Shown piece by piece: positions 39,301 through 53,609 of a DNA stretch of 64,000 nucleotides. The notes under the pieces are model-generated. The model did no database searches. It was not told the DNA's origin and was given only the letters and a program-made list of their open reading frames with translations. This DNA comes from Sphyrna mokarran (lineage: Eukaryota): NCBI GenBank assembly GCA_024679065.1, contig JAGIQG010000016.1, positions 13,640,001 to 13,704,000 on the forward strand, in the 5' to 3' direction. Each line of letters opens with the position of its first letter. Within the stretch, counting starts at the first letter, position 1. Position numbers and translations under genes: made by a program.

Positions 39301-41359
39301 TGCAATATCTTAAATCAGTATCACTAAAAGTTTTGCTTTGCATTTGGTGATGTATCTGAGCCATGGGTGTAATGCTTCTGCATGACTATGTCACATTGGA
39401 TGATGCGTAAAATCCCTATTTTCTCGGCAGTACTTTAAACCTAGTTGCTACTTTCAGTTCACTGTTTTGCGAATTAAAACTGAAATGTTCACACTAGGGG
39501 GCAAATGCTTCATATCTCAGCTCAGCTGAAATGAAGTCCAATGTAAGCATCACACTTCCCCATTACATTGATTCTGCAATAGGTCTTTCAGAATCAAAAC
39601 AATAAAAAAAGAAAATTGGACTTGGAGTGCAAAGCGGTGTTTCAGTGAAAACGTAGCGTGTTCTCCTCCTTATCAATCATTGTAATCTCGTTTTGTGCTC
39701 AACAGATAACGTGCTGCCTGAAGATAGCAAAGGTAGGTAATAAACTTAGTGTCTAATTAAAAATATTGATTATAAATTTATAATAAGAAAACGCTAAATA
39801 AATGCATTTAAGAATTATATAATTGCAAGTATATTTGAACATAATTAAACACTGTACTCCATTGAAAAAAAAACTCGTCAAAATGGGCCCAGAAAAGCAT
39901 GGTCGTCATCATTGTTCTTTCTACCTAAGGAAGGATACATTTTCATTAGAAAAAATGCAAATTATAAGCAGATATTTCAAAGAAGAACTTTTTTTATGCT
40001 TCAGCAAGCAGATGTATGAGCGAGAATTTAACTGAAACAGATGCAGGAGTAAACGTGATGAAACATTCGTTATTGGGCTGACGAGTGACTAGAAAAACAA
40101 TCGGCAGATAACATAGCTTCAAAAATAGAGAATGCAAACTTCTACCTTCCACATTTCATGGCATTATCATCGTCAAATTAAGAAAAAACACGTTCTCATT
40201 GGTTATTTGGATGTGGCAGTCTCTCATTGGGTGAATAACTTTAATTTACCTTGAAGTGAGAATATTTTACCAGTCAACTACCGTGCTGTGGAGTGCTAGT
40301 CATAGACCTATCTGATTTATACATAGGTCACATCAGGTAAAGGAGGAATATTTCGTTCCCCAATGGCGGTAGTGAATGAAGATCTTATGGACGAGAATCA
40401 ACCAAGATTTCTTCGTCAAATTCCAGATTCTTTTTATGTTCAAATTTCAAGCATTCCTTTTGTTCTCTAGGCCAGCGATAATATCACTATGCCACCAAAT
40501 TCGGTTGCAATCAATTTTAAATTTATCTACACCTGGGTATTCACCAACAGCAAGAAATTTGGTGTGATCCAGCACAACACAATAAAATCAATCTGCATTA
40601 TAACCGTGGCTTCAAATCAGTCGTAATTAACCTTTCAACCAGAGCCATCATATTTTGCTCTTCTAAATCAAGTATGTGCTGAGCAAATTTCTAACAGTCC
40701 TTGTAAGGTAATCACTCGACTCATCACCCATGTTCTTTCGTGACAATTCTGCAATTGCAAAATGCACCGCTACAACTTGCAAACCTTCTTTTCCCTTATC
40801 TGCTAGCAATCAAATTGTACCCAGCAGGAAGTCCAATGCAGTTAGCAGGTTGGTCAACTAAACCTGCGATTTTAAAAGAAAAGCCAAAAACACTCCTGAC
40901 TTGCATGCACCGCGCTTTCCCTTTAATTCACTTGTTCAAAAAACCTCGCAAGTCTTTCAGAAGTCATTGCAAATTCACAACCCTGAAGTTAATAAAGAAA
41001 TTGGCTGCCTACGTACTGTGAAGAACACTGATGGATTTCGCCAAACAAAATATTGTGAGAGTTGAATCCAGAGCATATTCTGTAAAATCTTCAAATACAA
41101 ATTGAATTGAAGATACATGGTTTTTTTTCTGAGATAATGCCGAAGCATACAGCGATCGTTGAGTTCCGAAGTTTGTCAGCCGTTATCACCTCTTGGAGTG
41201 TTGGGCTGAATATGAAATAATGGGCATGATACAGAAGCTGGTTTGATGGGATAGTGTGGAACAGTGCCAGAAATACGATACTACATAGAACAGCAAGAAA
41301 TTCTGCATGTCCAGATGGTCTTCTCATCGTCCTGACATCTTGGATTTCTTTTTTTTTTC

Positions 41360-41510
41360 GAGATGGTCAAGGTTGGAGGGGGAGGGGTGTCGATCTCTTG
41401 GTGGATGAAGGTGGTTGAATGGTTTAGGTTAGAGGGTCATTGCTTTTTCGTAATTGGTCGGCGCAACATCGAAGGCCGAAGGGCCTGTTCTGCGCTGTAA
41501 TGTTCTATGT
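41360..41510 (+). mobile_element. Young CR1 3' end
   Basis: Near-identical to 61975-62030 (ttggtcggcgcaacatcgaaggccgaagggcctgttctg). Confidence 0.9.
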
Positions 41511-42917
41511 GTCTTTGCCATTACAATAAGTAGCCTGAAGTCGGAAAATGTTCTTAATTCTTCCAAAATTGTCGGAATTGCCTCACAAAGTCACGTTCTT
41601 GCAACAAAAGAATAAAAGGAGCACAATTTAAATGATCATAAGAACACATTTCAAAATGGTATTCTGCCACGTGAGGACTTATATCATTGTTTTCAACAAA
41701 ATCTTATACTGACATGTCCTATCTTGTGTAACTTATAACAACTATTCCAGCAGCCAATACGATTTCATCGTCCTACATTATTAACAGCATGCTGACTCAA
41801 GACAGTAATTTTCGATGGTGCAAATAGAGAGAAGATATTGGTTCTGTCGCTGTATATAACACGGCCTTTGTCTGCAAGATGCTGTCACGGAAATTTTCAG
41901 ATCCACAGAAGTGAACAGATCGAACCAATGCTTCAAGTCGCAAGTCAAAAACGTCAGCTTCTCCAGGACAGTCTTCTCTCAAAAGTGCAGTTTTACTTCA
42001 AATTTATTTTTTACTCAAAGGACGAATTGTGGAAGCAGCCTCCACATTCAGCTTTGAGACTGCTGCGAACCCTTTTAACTAAGAGAATAAAGAGAAAACA
42101 ACATCCATGCCATTGTGATAGTTGAACTATAAAGGTGAATGGCAAAAGCCGAATTCTCGTTTCTGAAGGATGCTTTCGGAACGATAATCCTAGGCTTTGA
42201 AATTAATCTGCTATTTGCCGTTACAGAAACATCGAAGTTGAAGAATGAACGAAAACAAGCAGGTCAGTGAAAGCGAACCAGCCACGGTGGTCAAGCATTT
42301 CAACGCTTTTCTGTTCCATACCAATAACAAAATTCCCCCATAAAACTTGACTCTCGAACAGATTATTATAAACTATTAGAAAATGTTTTGTTAAAGTGAG
42401 AAGTCAGCAGATTTCTGAAGAAGTTCAATCATTTCAATAATTACAAAAATGTTGGGCTTAATGTTGAATTCCTACTCAAGCAGAGATGCGCGAGAAAACT
42501 AACGGTTTGTAATGTCCTCAATAAGAAGACATTGACAAACACTTCAAAGACAGTGGATTGATTTTGATTTTCAATTGATTTTGAAAACAAAGGGGACAAA
42601 AAATGCAGTATGGCAAATGCTGCTTGAATGTGGAAAACGAAACTTTATTTAATTGATTCCATTTTAGGATGAGGAGTGAGAGGAAACCGATTAATGCAGA
42701 GCAGTTAATTGTTATGTATTGACTTGCGAACCTTGTTCTGAAAAGCGTATAATTGTCATCTTAACAATGGAGTTGAAGTCACTGCAATTGGATGGGTTAA
42801 ATATTATGGAGAAAAATATCCATTTGGCGGCAGGAAACGGGTAGCAGGTGAACGTTTCTTTTGCTCAGTGCTGGGAAATATAACATGGATTTACTTGGAA
42901 ATATCTGCAGGATGTTT

Positions 42918-43250
42918 TGAGAATCAGAGAATGTCTAAAGTGCAGAAGAAGGTCAGTTGGCCAATCGAGCCTGCACCGTCAGAAACCCCATCCACACCCT
43001 ACACCACCACCACCCCCCCACAACCTACAAATGAACCCAAGTAATCTTGTTGATTCTTCGGGGCAATTTAACGCGTCCAAGCAACCTACCCAGCTTATTT
43101 TTGGCGTGTGCGAGCAAACCGGAACTTCTGGAGAAAACCCTCGCAGATACGGGCAAAATGTGTAAACTCCATACAATCACTCTAAGCCGGAATTACACCT
43201 GGAACTCTGGCACTGTGAGAAAAAAAAAGTGCTGACTAATATAACACCGT
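42918..43250 (-). mobile_element. V-SINE (old)
   Basis: Degenerate reverse V core and tRNA-like head. Confidence 0.8.
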
Positions 43251-43734
43251 GCCAGCTGAGTTTAATTTTAAAGGAATCCCACTTATCGGCAAAACACATA
43301 CTGGGGACATATATCAGAAGACATTGGAAATATTTTGCATGCCCTCTAATTTTGAAAGACAATTACGCTGAGTGTTATAAAAGATTATTTGGTATTCTGG
43401 TTTGCAGATCGAAGTTGTTGAAACCTTTACGATGAATACCTTAGGGTCACTTTCGGAACATTGTGCCTAATCCAGGACATAGTATGTGCAAATGTTACAC
43501 ACGACTTCAGAAGCTGTGTATATTTAGTTTTTTTGGGGGGAATATTTGTAGTCGCTAACAACGTAGGATTTATAGGAGGGTGTTGAGTTTTTTTTTTCTC
43601 TGTCAGTTATAGATAAGATTCGAAAGGGCATCGTAAATTCAATTAGGACTTTGGAGAATCGGGATAAACAGTTGAATGAAACTATAAGTAACATGAAGAC
43701 AGTACTGTTGCAATGTTAATATTATTAAGGAGCA

Positions 43735-44066
43735 GCACTGCGGCACGGTGATGAGCATTGCTGCTCCAGGTACGAGAGTTCGATTTCCGGCTTGGGTCTT
43801 TATCTCTGTTGAGTATGTACGTTTTCCCCGTGTCTGTATGAGTTTCCTCCCAGTGCTCCGGTTTCGTCCTACAATCTGAAGATTTGCGGTTTAGGCGCTT
43901 TGGCCATGCTACATCACCCGTTAGTGTCCTGGAATGTCTATGTTAGAAGGATTAGCGGGGTAAGTATGAAGTGTTACGGAGATAAGGACCAAGTGGGACT
44001 ATTGTCGATGCGGATTCGATGGGCTGAATGGCCCATTTTTACACTGCTGGGTTTCTGTGATTCTAT
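43735..44066 (+). mobile_element. V-SINE
   Basis: gagttcgatt B box, V core and attcta tail. Confidence 0.9.
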
Positions 44067-44335
44067 AAGCAACTACTGAATGACTCATAGTTGGTTCAAA
44101 GTGCCGTCGAGTGGATTGCACGAAAGTAGTATGTAAAATCAGCCGTTCCAATTTTCCAAAGTATCAGTGTGTTGATTACGTAAAGGAAGACTGCTAGAAC
44201 AAAATCTTGGCAAATATAAGGTGAAACGAATCTTGTCCTTCTGGGCAGTATCTACTCTCTGTTTCATCTCTTTTTGCTAGACCGGTTAATGTTATTGTTA
44301 TTGTTTTTTTTTGCCAGAAGAATACAAAACTTAAA

Positions 44336-46560
44336 ATGATGCGCAATAAAAAAAATCAGGAAACGGCGCTATATCATTCTTTTCTTGATGTGATCATGAA
44401 ATATGTGCGTCGTTGGCTGAGTCAGCATTCAAAAATTGCTAGCGATTTGAGAGTCCCGCTTGGTGATTCCCGCAGATATTTCAAAGTCAGTAGCATTGCT
44501 ATGGGATGGGAATTCCAACATAGATCAGACTGGATAAGTGCGATAGATCGTTTTTCCTATAGGGCAATATTAAACAAGGTGTTTTATTTTCTCATAATCG
44601 TTTTTGGATCGCCGGGGAAGTACCCGGGTTATTTGGATTGCCATTACGCTACAGGAGTTGCCAATTCTGCTGTGTTTTACGAAAAGAAAAGCTTAACAGA
44701 TACGTAGTGAGCAAATGCTTCAATATGGCTCAATTGAGCTCCAATGAAATAAACAACACTGAAACCTGTGCGATCGAAGAAAAAAAAGTTTTGTGTTATC
44801 ACGTAAAGGGAAACTACTGCTCCATGTCACCACATATTTCTTATTTTATCTTTCGTAGAGGAAAAGTTACATCAGAAAGAAACAGGTGAATTATTCTGGA
44901 AAAAATAAATCCTACATTGCTTTCCTATTTTGCATTCAATATATTATTGTGGACATCATTCAGGTTGTATCTGCATATGCTATATTAGCAAATACGACGT
45001 GATTGTTGTTCACAGTCCCAATGTTCATAGTCATTTTTGAGTAATATTATCAGCTATGTTCTTATGATTACGATGATAATGATGACGATTATCATTATCA
45101 TCTAATCGGTCGCAGGATACATGGCCGAGGGCGACATTGATTTCGTGCACTGATGAATGATTTACAAGCACGTCACGAATACGTAATTAGAGCAATTGAT
45201 TTCAAACTTCATTTTCAGCTTTTCTGAGAAAAACGCATCTAAATATAGGATGTTGTTTTTCTAGCAATGCACTAAGATAGTGAAACTCCATCTTGTGTAT
45301 TCCATTTCATTTGATTTTTTTTAAGCAGAGATATCAAACATTTAGAATTGTTTACTCAAAACTCAGAGTTTGTGACGTAATGTTGAACCTGAGGGCAAAC
45401 AGGATTATTTTTTTTTTTTGCGTGTGTGTCCATTACGGGAATGAGAAAACGAAGCGACACAATTCCACAATTGTTTGTTTCCAATTTAAGATACAGATGA
45501 GAAAATTGTTTATATATTTATCATGTACCAGCACGTAGTTTGACGTTGGAAATGAAATTCATTGGAACAAGAGAGCCTGAAAAATTGAACACTTCCAAGG
45601 CTTCGTCAAGCATACTTCTTTCTGATCGATAATCGATTGACCAGCAGGCGAGGAAAAATTTCTGTTGACTTCATTTGGTTTAGCTATGATTTCAATGAAA
45701 AGAAGAGATGTGCGAGACCAAAAAGCAAATTTAGGCCCCAATTTCTTACAAAATCAAAATATTATGATTCTCCATTATATCACTCGAAAATTAACCCAGG
45801 GGCATGTACACTTCTTCGGGATGAAATGTTTGATGCATGCGGAAATGTTCAGCGGTTAACACCGTTGCATATGAGGAATGTTATGCTTTAAGTCCCAAAG
45901 AAAAGTGGACAACTGATACCATATTAAAAAAACATATTTTCAATTGCACCTTAAATTCGAAATGCTTGTTTCACACTTTTCAGTTTGTTCGTTAAGAAGT
46001 TCGAAGGACATTGACAAACCAGGGCCAATGACATCCATCCATTAAATCTCAGTGTTGCTTCAGTTGAATTCTGTAAAGTAATCTTGAACAATTGTTTTGA
46101 ATATCTTACTGATATTTTAACACATTCCAACATTTTTGTGAAGAACTGTTGCTTAAAAAGAAGCACTTTTTTTATCTGGCTTGTCCGTATTAGCTTCCGT
46201 GCTGGTTATTCAGTTTGATGCGTGTTGCTGTATTCAGACTACTAAATCATTTCCGAGAGGCATCCTTTTCATCTGTCTCTCGCTATATTCTCCATGTTTA
46301 CGTTACGCCAGACCGTGACTTGCAAGTAAAGATTGTTGGAAATGAAATCCTTAGGAGCATGTTTACACTGTCCTGGACCCAAAAACATATTTGCACAATA
46401 GGTTTCGATTGGAAGCTTGCAGCAACTCAGCACATTCTTGTGACATTTTGCCCATCTGAATGTTCTCCATTTCCTGTCCGTACTCATGCTTTTGACGTCA
46501 TGTCACTATGTCACTTTGTTGTTACAGTTTACAGAGAGGAGGGGAATGTTAGGGATTAAT
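44336..46560 (+). pseudogene. Full-length degenerate ARHGAP29-like copy U
   Basis: HSFLDVIMKYVRRWLSQHSKIASDL resembles HIRLEELLRVLKSIMNKHQNLNSVDL. CDVML resembles CDLTL. GHVHFFGMKC resembles GIVVFQGVEC. VFRLLNHF resembles LFRLYKEF. Confidence 0.78.
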
Positions 46561-46830
46561 TGGATTGTGGGACAGATTAATCATTGACTGGCAATCTAAA
46601 GCTACAAGTTTTTTTAATGCTATCCCTATCGGGTCATTCAGTTACATCAGAAAATGCTCCAATATTTCCAATTAAAAAGAAACGCATATGGATCTATTCT
46701 GTGATATGTGAAACACGGAACGTATCACAGAAAATTCAATAACAATAATGGATTCATTCATTTCGCTGTGACTTTTTTTCTATCCGATTTTCCCCTGCGT
46801 GCGCCAAAGGGAGACCTGGCGATTCCCATT

Positions 46831-48822
46831 TTATAACAAAGAGTTAGCAACAGAATTATTCCATGCTGACGGCTCAGTTCTAAACATCCTGCGGAAGTGA
46901 ATATGGCAATCAAGACAATCAAGATATTTCAATGCAGAAAGAGATACGATAACAGTAAAAACATTCACTTGGCGGAACTTTTGAAATTGTGCTTCATATT
47001 TCTCCTTAGAAATAGCGACACTGCAGAAGCAAATCAATGGCTTGGGTGAGTCTAATTTTTAGGTTTCGACTAAACTGATGCGCTTTCAGACCTTCAGTCT
47101 GAAAGCGCACTAATTTATCTTAAATTTTCGTTCTAATATTTAGCTGTGCTATGTTATTAGAAGATAATGCGCAATCCTGCTGACGAGCCCCAGTTAGGAA
47201 ATTACTGAAGTTATGTGGTAATAGCACCAGCAAAACCAAAAGTGGAAAAATCTAATCAGGAAATTATCTCAATGGGCAAATAGTCTATGTCTTGATGAAG
47301 CTGATACATCAGGCACTTAAATATGGTCCTACAAAAAAAACTTGTCGTTCAGCTGTTTATAATGAATTTGTAGCCACACATTCCTTTGGTTTGTATAGTC
47401 AAATTTTCAGTTACCGTAAGAAATGAAAAAAATCCAGGTGCCCGTAGCTATGCCAGATTTGTAGCGTCAACAAAAAGTGTCGGTTCTTGAAATCTGTATA
47501 GTATGGTGCACTAAAACAAGTATGTGGCTTGCGTTTATGCACGCAGTCATCCGGCTCGTCCAATGTCCAAAGGGGAAAAATAAATTATGTAATTTGATTC
47601 TCAACAGAACAAAAAATCAACGACATGAAGAAAGGTAGTTGGAGAAAAACGAATAATTTACAATCCACGTTTGATACCCATGCTTGCGCGCTTCCATTCA
47701 TATAATTTCTGCTGCACGATTTAGTCATAATGTAACAACTCCTCGAAACTTGCATTTCAGAATTCGAATCTATACCTCGGATTGATGGTGAGCACCAAGA
47801 GATCATGAAATATCAGATGCCAGAGAAAGGGTGTCGCGCTATATCCGTCACGGTTAAGCAAAGTAGCGGTATTCTATTTTAAAAAATACATTAATTGAAA
47901 GGACGCAACAAAAAATGTCATCATCCTTGCTTCGCTAAAATGTGTGGCAAAAAAATGATGCTTTACGAATTACGATCTTAATTCTTACCGTGTTTTGCAG
48001 AAACTTGAAACAAATAATTACTTCGGCATGGTGTGGTAACGGATGAAAAAGTAGTGTTTTGCACTGAAAGATGCGAAGAACATCGCAAATCAATAATGCA
48101 TCTATTTTTTTTTTGCTGCCGTGAACAAGGTGCACACATTAACATCGTTTTAATACAGTTAGCACTCTAATCAGTTAGAGCTATGAAATCATCCGCACCG
48201 GCGTAAGTCTCAGTTTGCACATTTCTTTTGAAATAACCCAATTTACAGAATGCTGCAAAAATTCGTACTTCCTATCCGACATACCTTAACTACAAGACTT
48301 CTGTCTCCGCTACCACGAAGCACTTTTCTATTCCACTTCCACATAACGTTTCCCTCATTATATGGCTGGTAAAATAAAAAAAAAATCTACAATATTCCAC
48401 GAGAGAAGGCATTAGTTTTCCAGGTGCCGAGACGAGCTGAGAAATCAGAAGTTCCTCCTTCAAACGAAAATATTTTGTAAATTGATCTTAATCTGGATAA
48501 CTGCCGACAAATCACACTAATGCCTACATTATCCCCATTGCAACGGGAACTTGATCACAGAAATAGAAGGACACGCAGATTATTGAATGGTTGAGAAGGT
48601 GTTTCAGGAAGGAAGACAATTGAATTCTGGGAAAGTGAGTTGGATTCTGTGGGAGATGGCAACTGCGAAAGCCCGAAGCATTGCCTCTGCCACAGAGTTG
48701 GGACTGTCATTTCTTTTGGGGCGTTTTGCCTTTACTCTGGGCGAAGGGCTTCGACTTGTTACATTTTTGCTTCGAAATATAGAGAAGTTGCTAGAAAAGA
48801 TACTGGCATACACAAAATACTG
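46831..48822 (-). pseudogene. Degenerate copy V (N-domain to C1)
   Basis: EAMLRAFAVAIS resembles EKALETIAVAFS. IRKASFFC resembles LKKAKLLC. FCSVAISK..QFQKFR..LDCLDCH resembles FKKTLMSK..KFRKLR..EECLLVCH. Confidence 0.75.
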
Positions 48823-49589
48823 AACAGAACAAATAAAAAGAAGGGTGGGGTGGTGAATGACGGTAGAACGAATGAGATAATGATGTCAAAATCTGGTTTA
48901 CCGTGTATATCCCTGGATACATGATACACACGGTAAGATTGCCAATTTCGACCAACATATATAATTGCTGTAATATGATGTTAGAATGATAACGGAGACC
49001 TGACTCAAGGAAGAGCCTGCGTGTGTGACTAATATTCTTGAGGTAACCTTATGATATCGTTCCTAGTGAGCAGGGGACAATTTCAAAATTTATGTCTGAC
49101 TACAACGTGAAAGAATTTTAAAATGCTCATAAAACATTGCAGAACTTCAAAAGGTGTTAGGAAAGTTGCTGGAATCCGAAGGTAGCTGGTAAATTACATT
49201 CATTCTGGAGAAATCGCATGTGCTATATTTCGTAGGACACTGAAGAAAGAATACACGTTAATACAGAATACTGCATAATGACTAGACGGGAATAACGAAC
49301 AGTATAATACGTTGCTTAATCTACTGATGTATTCTGCACACTTATGGGCGCCACATGACAGCTTGCTAGTACGTTGGGTCGCAGGTAGAAGTGATTCAGA
49401 AGAATGTTTCTGGGAGGGGATGTGCAATTATAAAAACTGTAATACCCAGCTTGTTACTTGACTCCTCGGGAAATAAAACGGTTAAAAGTAGATTTGTTAG
49501 AGATATTTAAAATACGGCTAATGGGACAGGATGATATACAATGGAGCCACCGATAGGTCAAGAAGGCACAGACATAGATTGAAAATGTT

Positions 49590-50730
49590 TCACAAAATAA
49601 ACAATGTGCTATGAGTCTGAAATATGCTTATGTCCACTCTGGCTGCTTCCAGTCGAGAATGCCACGATCTCCGATTAAGGAATACTTCATGCAAATGCTG
49701 AAACGCGCATTCGAAGAGTATTGAGTAAATAAAGCTGTGTTGCTGTAGCTGTGCTGCTGTACGGGCAGTGGAAGGTAATGATACTGAATTGATGTTGTTT
49801 TGAAGAACAGGAAAAGATACAATGGACCCATGTAAAACCTGTGCACTGAAATAAGGATGCAATGCTCTGAATTGAATTGATATATTAAAATTTAATCCGT
49901 GCAATGATTAAATGAACCGTACCACATGTTAACATGCACTGAGGGTCATGCGCAAAAGCAATATAATCGTAATCTATCAAACATTAAAGCAGCTGTATTC
50001 CATCATCAAATCGGCTAGGACATCAACTTACTTTCGTCATCTCACGCTACAGACGACGAAATACGGGAAAAAAATTCAGGTGAGCAATATGGCTGAAACT
50101 CATGTGGTATGTGTTAATACGCGGCAACTACTAACCGTTTTGAAGCAACGATAACAAGAATATTTCGGCTCCATCTATTCAAGGCGATTGCATTAAGTGG
50201 TTGGAAAATGGCGTTGGGCAAAGAAGCAAATGTAGTGTTAATCGGATAGGTAGAATAAATGTTGCAAACGTATATTTTAAATCGCGTATTTAATTGAGTA
50301 TTGCGGGCCTCAACACTTCTCAGGAAGGCCGCAGTTTGTAGGGAGTATAACAGAAGTCTTTATTGGAATGTTGATTTCGCAAATAGCCTTTTCGCAAATG
50401 TATTCGAATGGATATCATAAGAAATTCCGAATTTTCGCACATTGCTTTGGAACGGGTGTCAAGTTCATGTGAGAAGTCATTCGGGAAAGAAGAGGGGGTC
50501 CGCTGCAAACTCGCCAATGGTTCCTTGTTCATCATTAGACTTCGAAGCGGAAAAGGTGTTGACTTAATTTCCACGACTTGCAGTTTTATCATACCAGCTT
50601 TGGTCAGCACAACATTTAATGGTGCTCTCGATTTTAGTTTAGTGAACATCCATTGCACCACGTTGACCCTGAATATTTTCATCAGGAGCATGAAGTGTGA
50701 AGGCCCACTGTACAGGGAGACTAAACCGCT
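49590..50730 (-). pseudogene. Degenerate copy W (N-domain plus F-BAR)
   Basis: LTKAGMIKLQV resembles LTAAGTLIAKV. FSHELDTRSKAM..SEFLM resembles FEKALETIAVAF..SEFLM. LQNNINS..TAAQLQQHSFI resembles LLNDIES..TIAALQANKFV. Confidence 0.78.
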
Positions 50731-51464
50731 AGTTTGCTGATGCTCATGTTAATGAAATTATTGATGTTTGTTTTAAATTCAGGAGAATAGTGAAGACCGT
50801 GATATTTTAACAGCCGTCCAGAATACGGTTTTATGACAGTGATAACATTAAAAAAAAATTCTTTCTCACAACAGCGTTCAGCCTCGAATAAATGAAGTTC
50901 CTGAATGAACAGCTTGCATGTTCAACGAAAGTATCAAAGAGAGAATAAGATAAATAATGGAGTAGATAAGACTCTCGACTTCATAGAACTCCAATTATGG
51001 AGATTGTTTGCCCAATCACGAAGTCTTACTAAAAAGTACAAAGAAAGTGTGTGTTATTGTATCTCTGCAGAAATTGCGAACCTGAAGAAAACATTGCGTG
51101 CTGCAGGTCAGAAATATATTTTCTGGATGGAATTTTCATAATACCGGCTTCTTTTGTCTGATGTTTTTAAAGGAATGAATTGAACATTTTCAATTATTTG
51201 TTCGTTTCGCATATTTTCAGATCTATAATGTTTTGGTTTACATTTTCGTAACAATCGGAAACATAGTGAAAAGATTTTAAAACTGACTATTAGGCCCCTT
51301 AACCTGATGAACACTCTTTCCGTGGCTAACATGTTGAGCCATTTTACTCGAACTTGGAGTGTCAACTACAGCGCCCAAGGCGCTACCTCTGAACACCACT
51401 GTGTTAGAATTGGCTAAATTCGCACGGGACTTAGGTAAATAATGTTACTTCATTAAGGGGTGTG

Positions 51465-51820
51465 AGACGTGGCACGGTGGTTAGAGCTGCTGCCTCACAG
51501 CTCCAGGAACTGGAGTTCACTTTCGCTTTTGGGCGATTGCCTGCATATTCATATTCTGGTATGAATATATGCATATTCTGGTATCTGCGTGTTCCCCCCG
51601 GTGCTCCCACAGTGAAAATGCGCGCTGGGAACTATGAATAGGGCATGCAAAATTCAAACATATTGTAATAAATCTGTACTTTAGATGGATTAACCATCTG
51701 TTTGGGGTTGATGTTTGAGGGTGCTGGATAAAACAGGGGAAAGAAGCCTGGGTAAGGTGCTCAGTGCAAACTGGATGGATCGAATGGCCTGTTCTGCATT
51801 CCGGAGATACTATTGCTCTA
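51465..51820 (+). mobile_element. V-SINE (degenerate)
   Basis: gtggcacggtggttagagctgctgcctcacag head and CR1-like 3' end. Confidence 0.85.
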
Positions 51821-52639
51821 TGATATAATTTTGAATCGTGGAGGTTGGAAGAAACAGCAGCAGATGATTATGTTGTAGGATGTAGACTTCCTAATCAGGA
51901 ATTGGTCTGACGCCCCATTGCACATAATATGCATCCAATACGTATAAATAAACAAATGGTAACAAATAGACAATGAATTGGGCATCATATCTGTTAATTT
52001 TCAGCGATTAAGCATACTAAGTGAAAAAAGATTTCTCTCATTAAAATGGCAGAAGAGAATCTTCTCAATAATGAAAAAGGCAAGTAACCATCACATATCG
52101 GACGTAATTAATTCGCGTGTTCATTGTCAATGATTTAAATTCGGTGTATCTTCAAAAAAAGGCGGAGGTTAGCTGGTATGAATGGCGTCCGTCTTTGTTG
52201 TTTGATGTTCGCATTCCAAGTCTAATGATGAAACAATATAACTTATATTTAAGAAAATAAAGAAAATGTGAAGAAGCTGAAAAAAATAGGTGAGAAGTCC
52301 TCATCTGGCTGATGTTTGAAATATTCTCACATTTATATGTCGAGTTATATGCAACCCGCCTTCGCCTTTGAACTAACACGATTTGCAGCCACCTGGAGCC
52401 CGATAAATTCAGCTTGCATGAAATTCGATATTGTCTGCTTTAATCGTTAATTTGTAACGAAATGTTTAATGTTAATACCAAATATGAATGTTATATTAAT
52501 AATGCAAATACAGTTCCGACACATTAGAATCCATGAGTTTAGAAATTCTGTTGGACTGAATAATTAAATGATACACTAATTTTATAATTACTCGAAAACA
52601 TATCATTCACAAAGTGTCGCTCGATGACACTAACATAGA

Positions 52640-53530
52640 TCGAGTTGTCTCGCTCCCTTCAAAAGAAAAAACAGATCAAGCCATTTTCCAAAATTCCAGT
52701 GAAAACTGATCCGATATATTTTCCAATGGAATAATGGGATGACTATTGTCAGAGATGTTTGTTCCAGCTTTCTTCCTGTCCAGCAGGTTTGCCAGCTTTA
52801 AACTATTGACAAAGGTGATATTACTTTGCGTCCAGACTATTGCGTGCTCCTCTTGAAGAATATTGAAGTTTTAAAGAGATCCACTGTGATCGTACGAAAG
52901 GCCGGGCAGGACTGAAAGGTCGAGCACCCATTGCTTATCTTCAGTCATATGTGCTCAGTCTTATAATGGCACGTCATTCTTGAATTTCAATTCAATAAAA
53001 GTCATTGCCCTCCGCCATACCAATCTGCTGTTCACAGCCTGTTCCCGCATAGCATTCGTCTCCAAACGTGATTATTGCAAGCTATTGATGGACAGATGAC
53101 GTAATTCTCTGTCCCGCCTCTCGGCCCTTTTCACTAACCCTCGTCCAAGTTTGAATATTGTTCTAACGAGATACAGCAATCGCACAGAAAAGAATGATTC
53201 GATAACAGATGCAGAAGTGATTTGATTTGCACACACGGCCATTGTCGGAAAACTCCTGAAAAATTTTGTTTTCCTCTCGACAGTCTCTATCCTCTGAGAC
53301 ATCTGCACGCATTTTACTATTTCTCCTTCATCATAGCCAACTTATTCAGCACATCATTGGTCATTGTCCCTTCTTTTATTTAATTGGATTTTCTGGAACA
53401 TCTTGGATTTTTTTTCATGATTCTTGCTCCCTAGTTTCAGTTAAGGCTATCCCAATATATTACTTCTCCTGAGACACCATTTGCCCATTCGTATTAAGAT
53501 CTCCTCCAGTAGCTGTTTGTCAAATGATTG
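52640..53530 (-). mobile_element. Old CR1 LINE fragments
   Basis: Decayed CR1 ORF2 and 3'UTR on the minus strand. Confidence 0.6.
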
Positions 53531-53609
53531 CAAAACTCATTGCTGAATTGTGTCGTGTGTGTGTGTGTATGTGTGTGTGTGTGTGTGTGTGTTTCTCGTT
53601 ACTCACATC

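Larger units (their letters stand above)
40910..43540 (+). pseudogene. Degenerate copy T (F-BAR, C1, RhoGAP), interrupted by CR1 and SINE insertions
   Basis: KKLAAYVL*RTLMDFAK resembles KDLISYLEKRTTLEMEFAK. IQSIF resembles LQSLF. VEQCQKYD resembles VQRCEDHD. LRLLRT..EGCF..IC is a C1 relic. ILGTYIRR..PLIL and LR*IP*GHF are RhoGAP relics. Confidence 0.75.

Noticed and set aside
47180-47205. ctgacgagccccagttaggaaa hammerhead-like motif
   Set aside because: Stem II and the GAAAC context are incomplete, so it is likely chance.
50905-52379. Further possible ARHGAP fragments (also 10.9-11.0, 14.9, 36.1-36.3 and 62.7-62.9 kb)
   Set aside because: Only one or two short motif matches each, too weak to list as features without a search.
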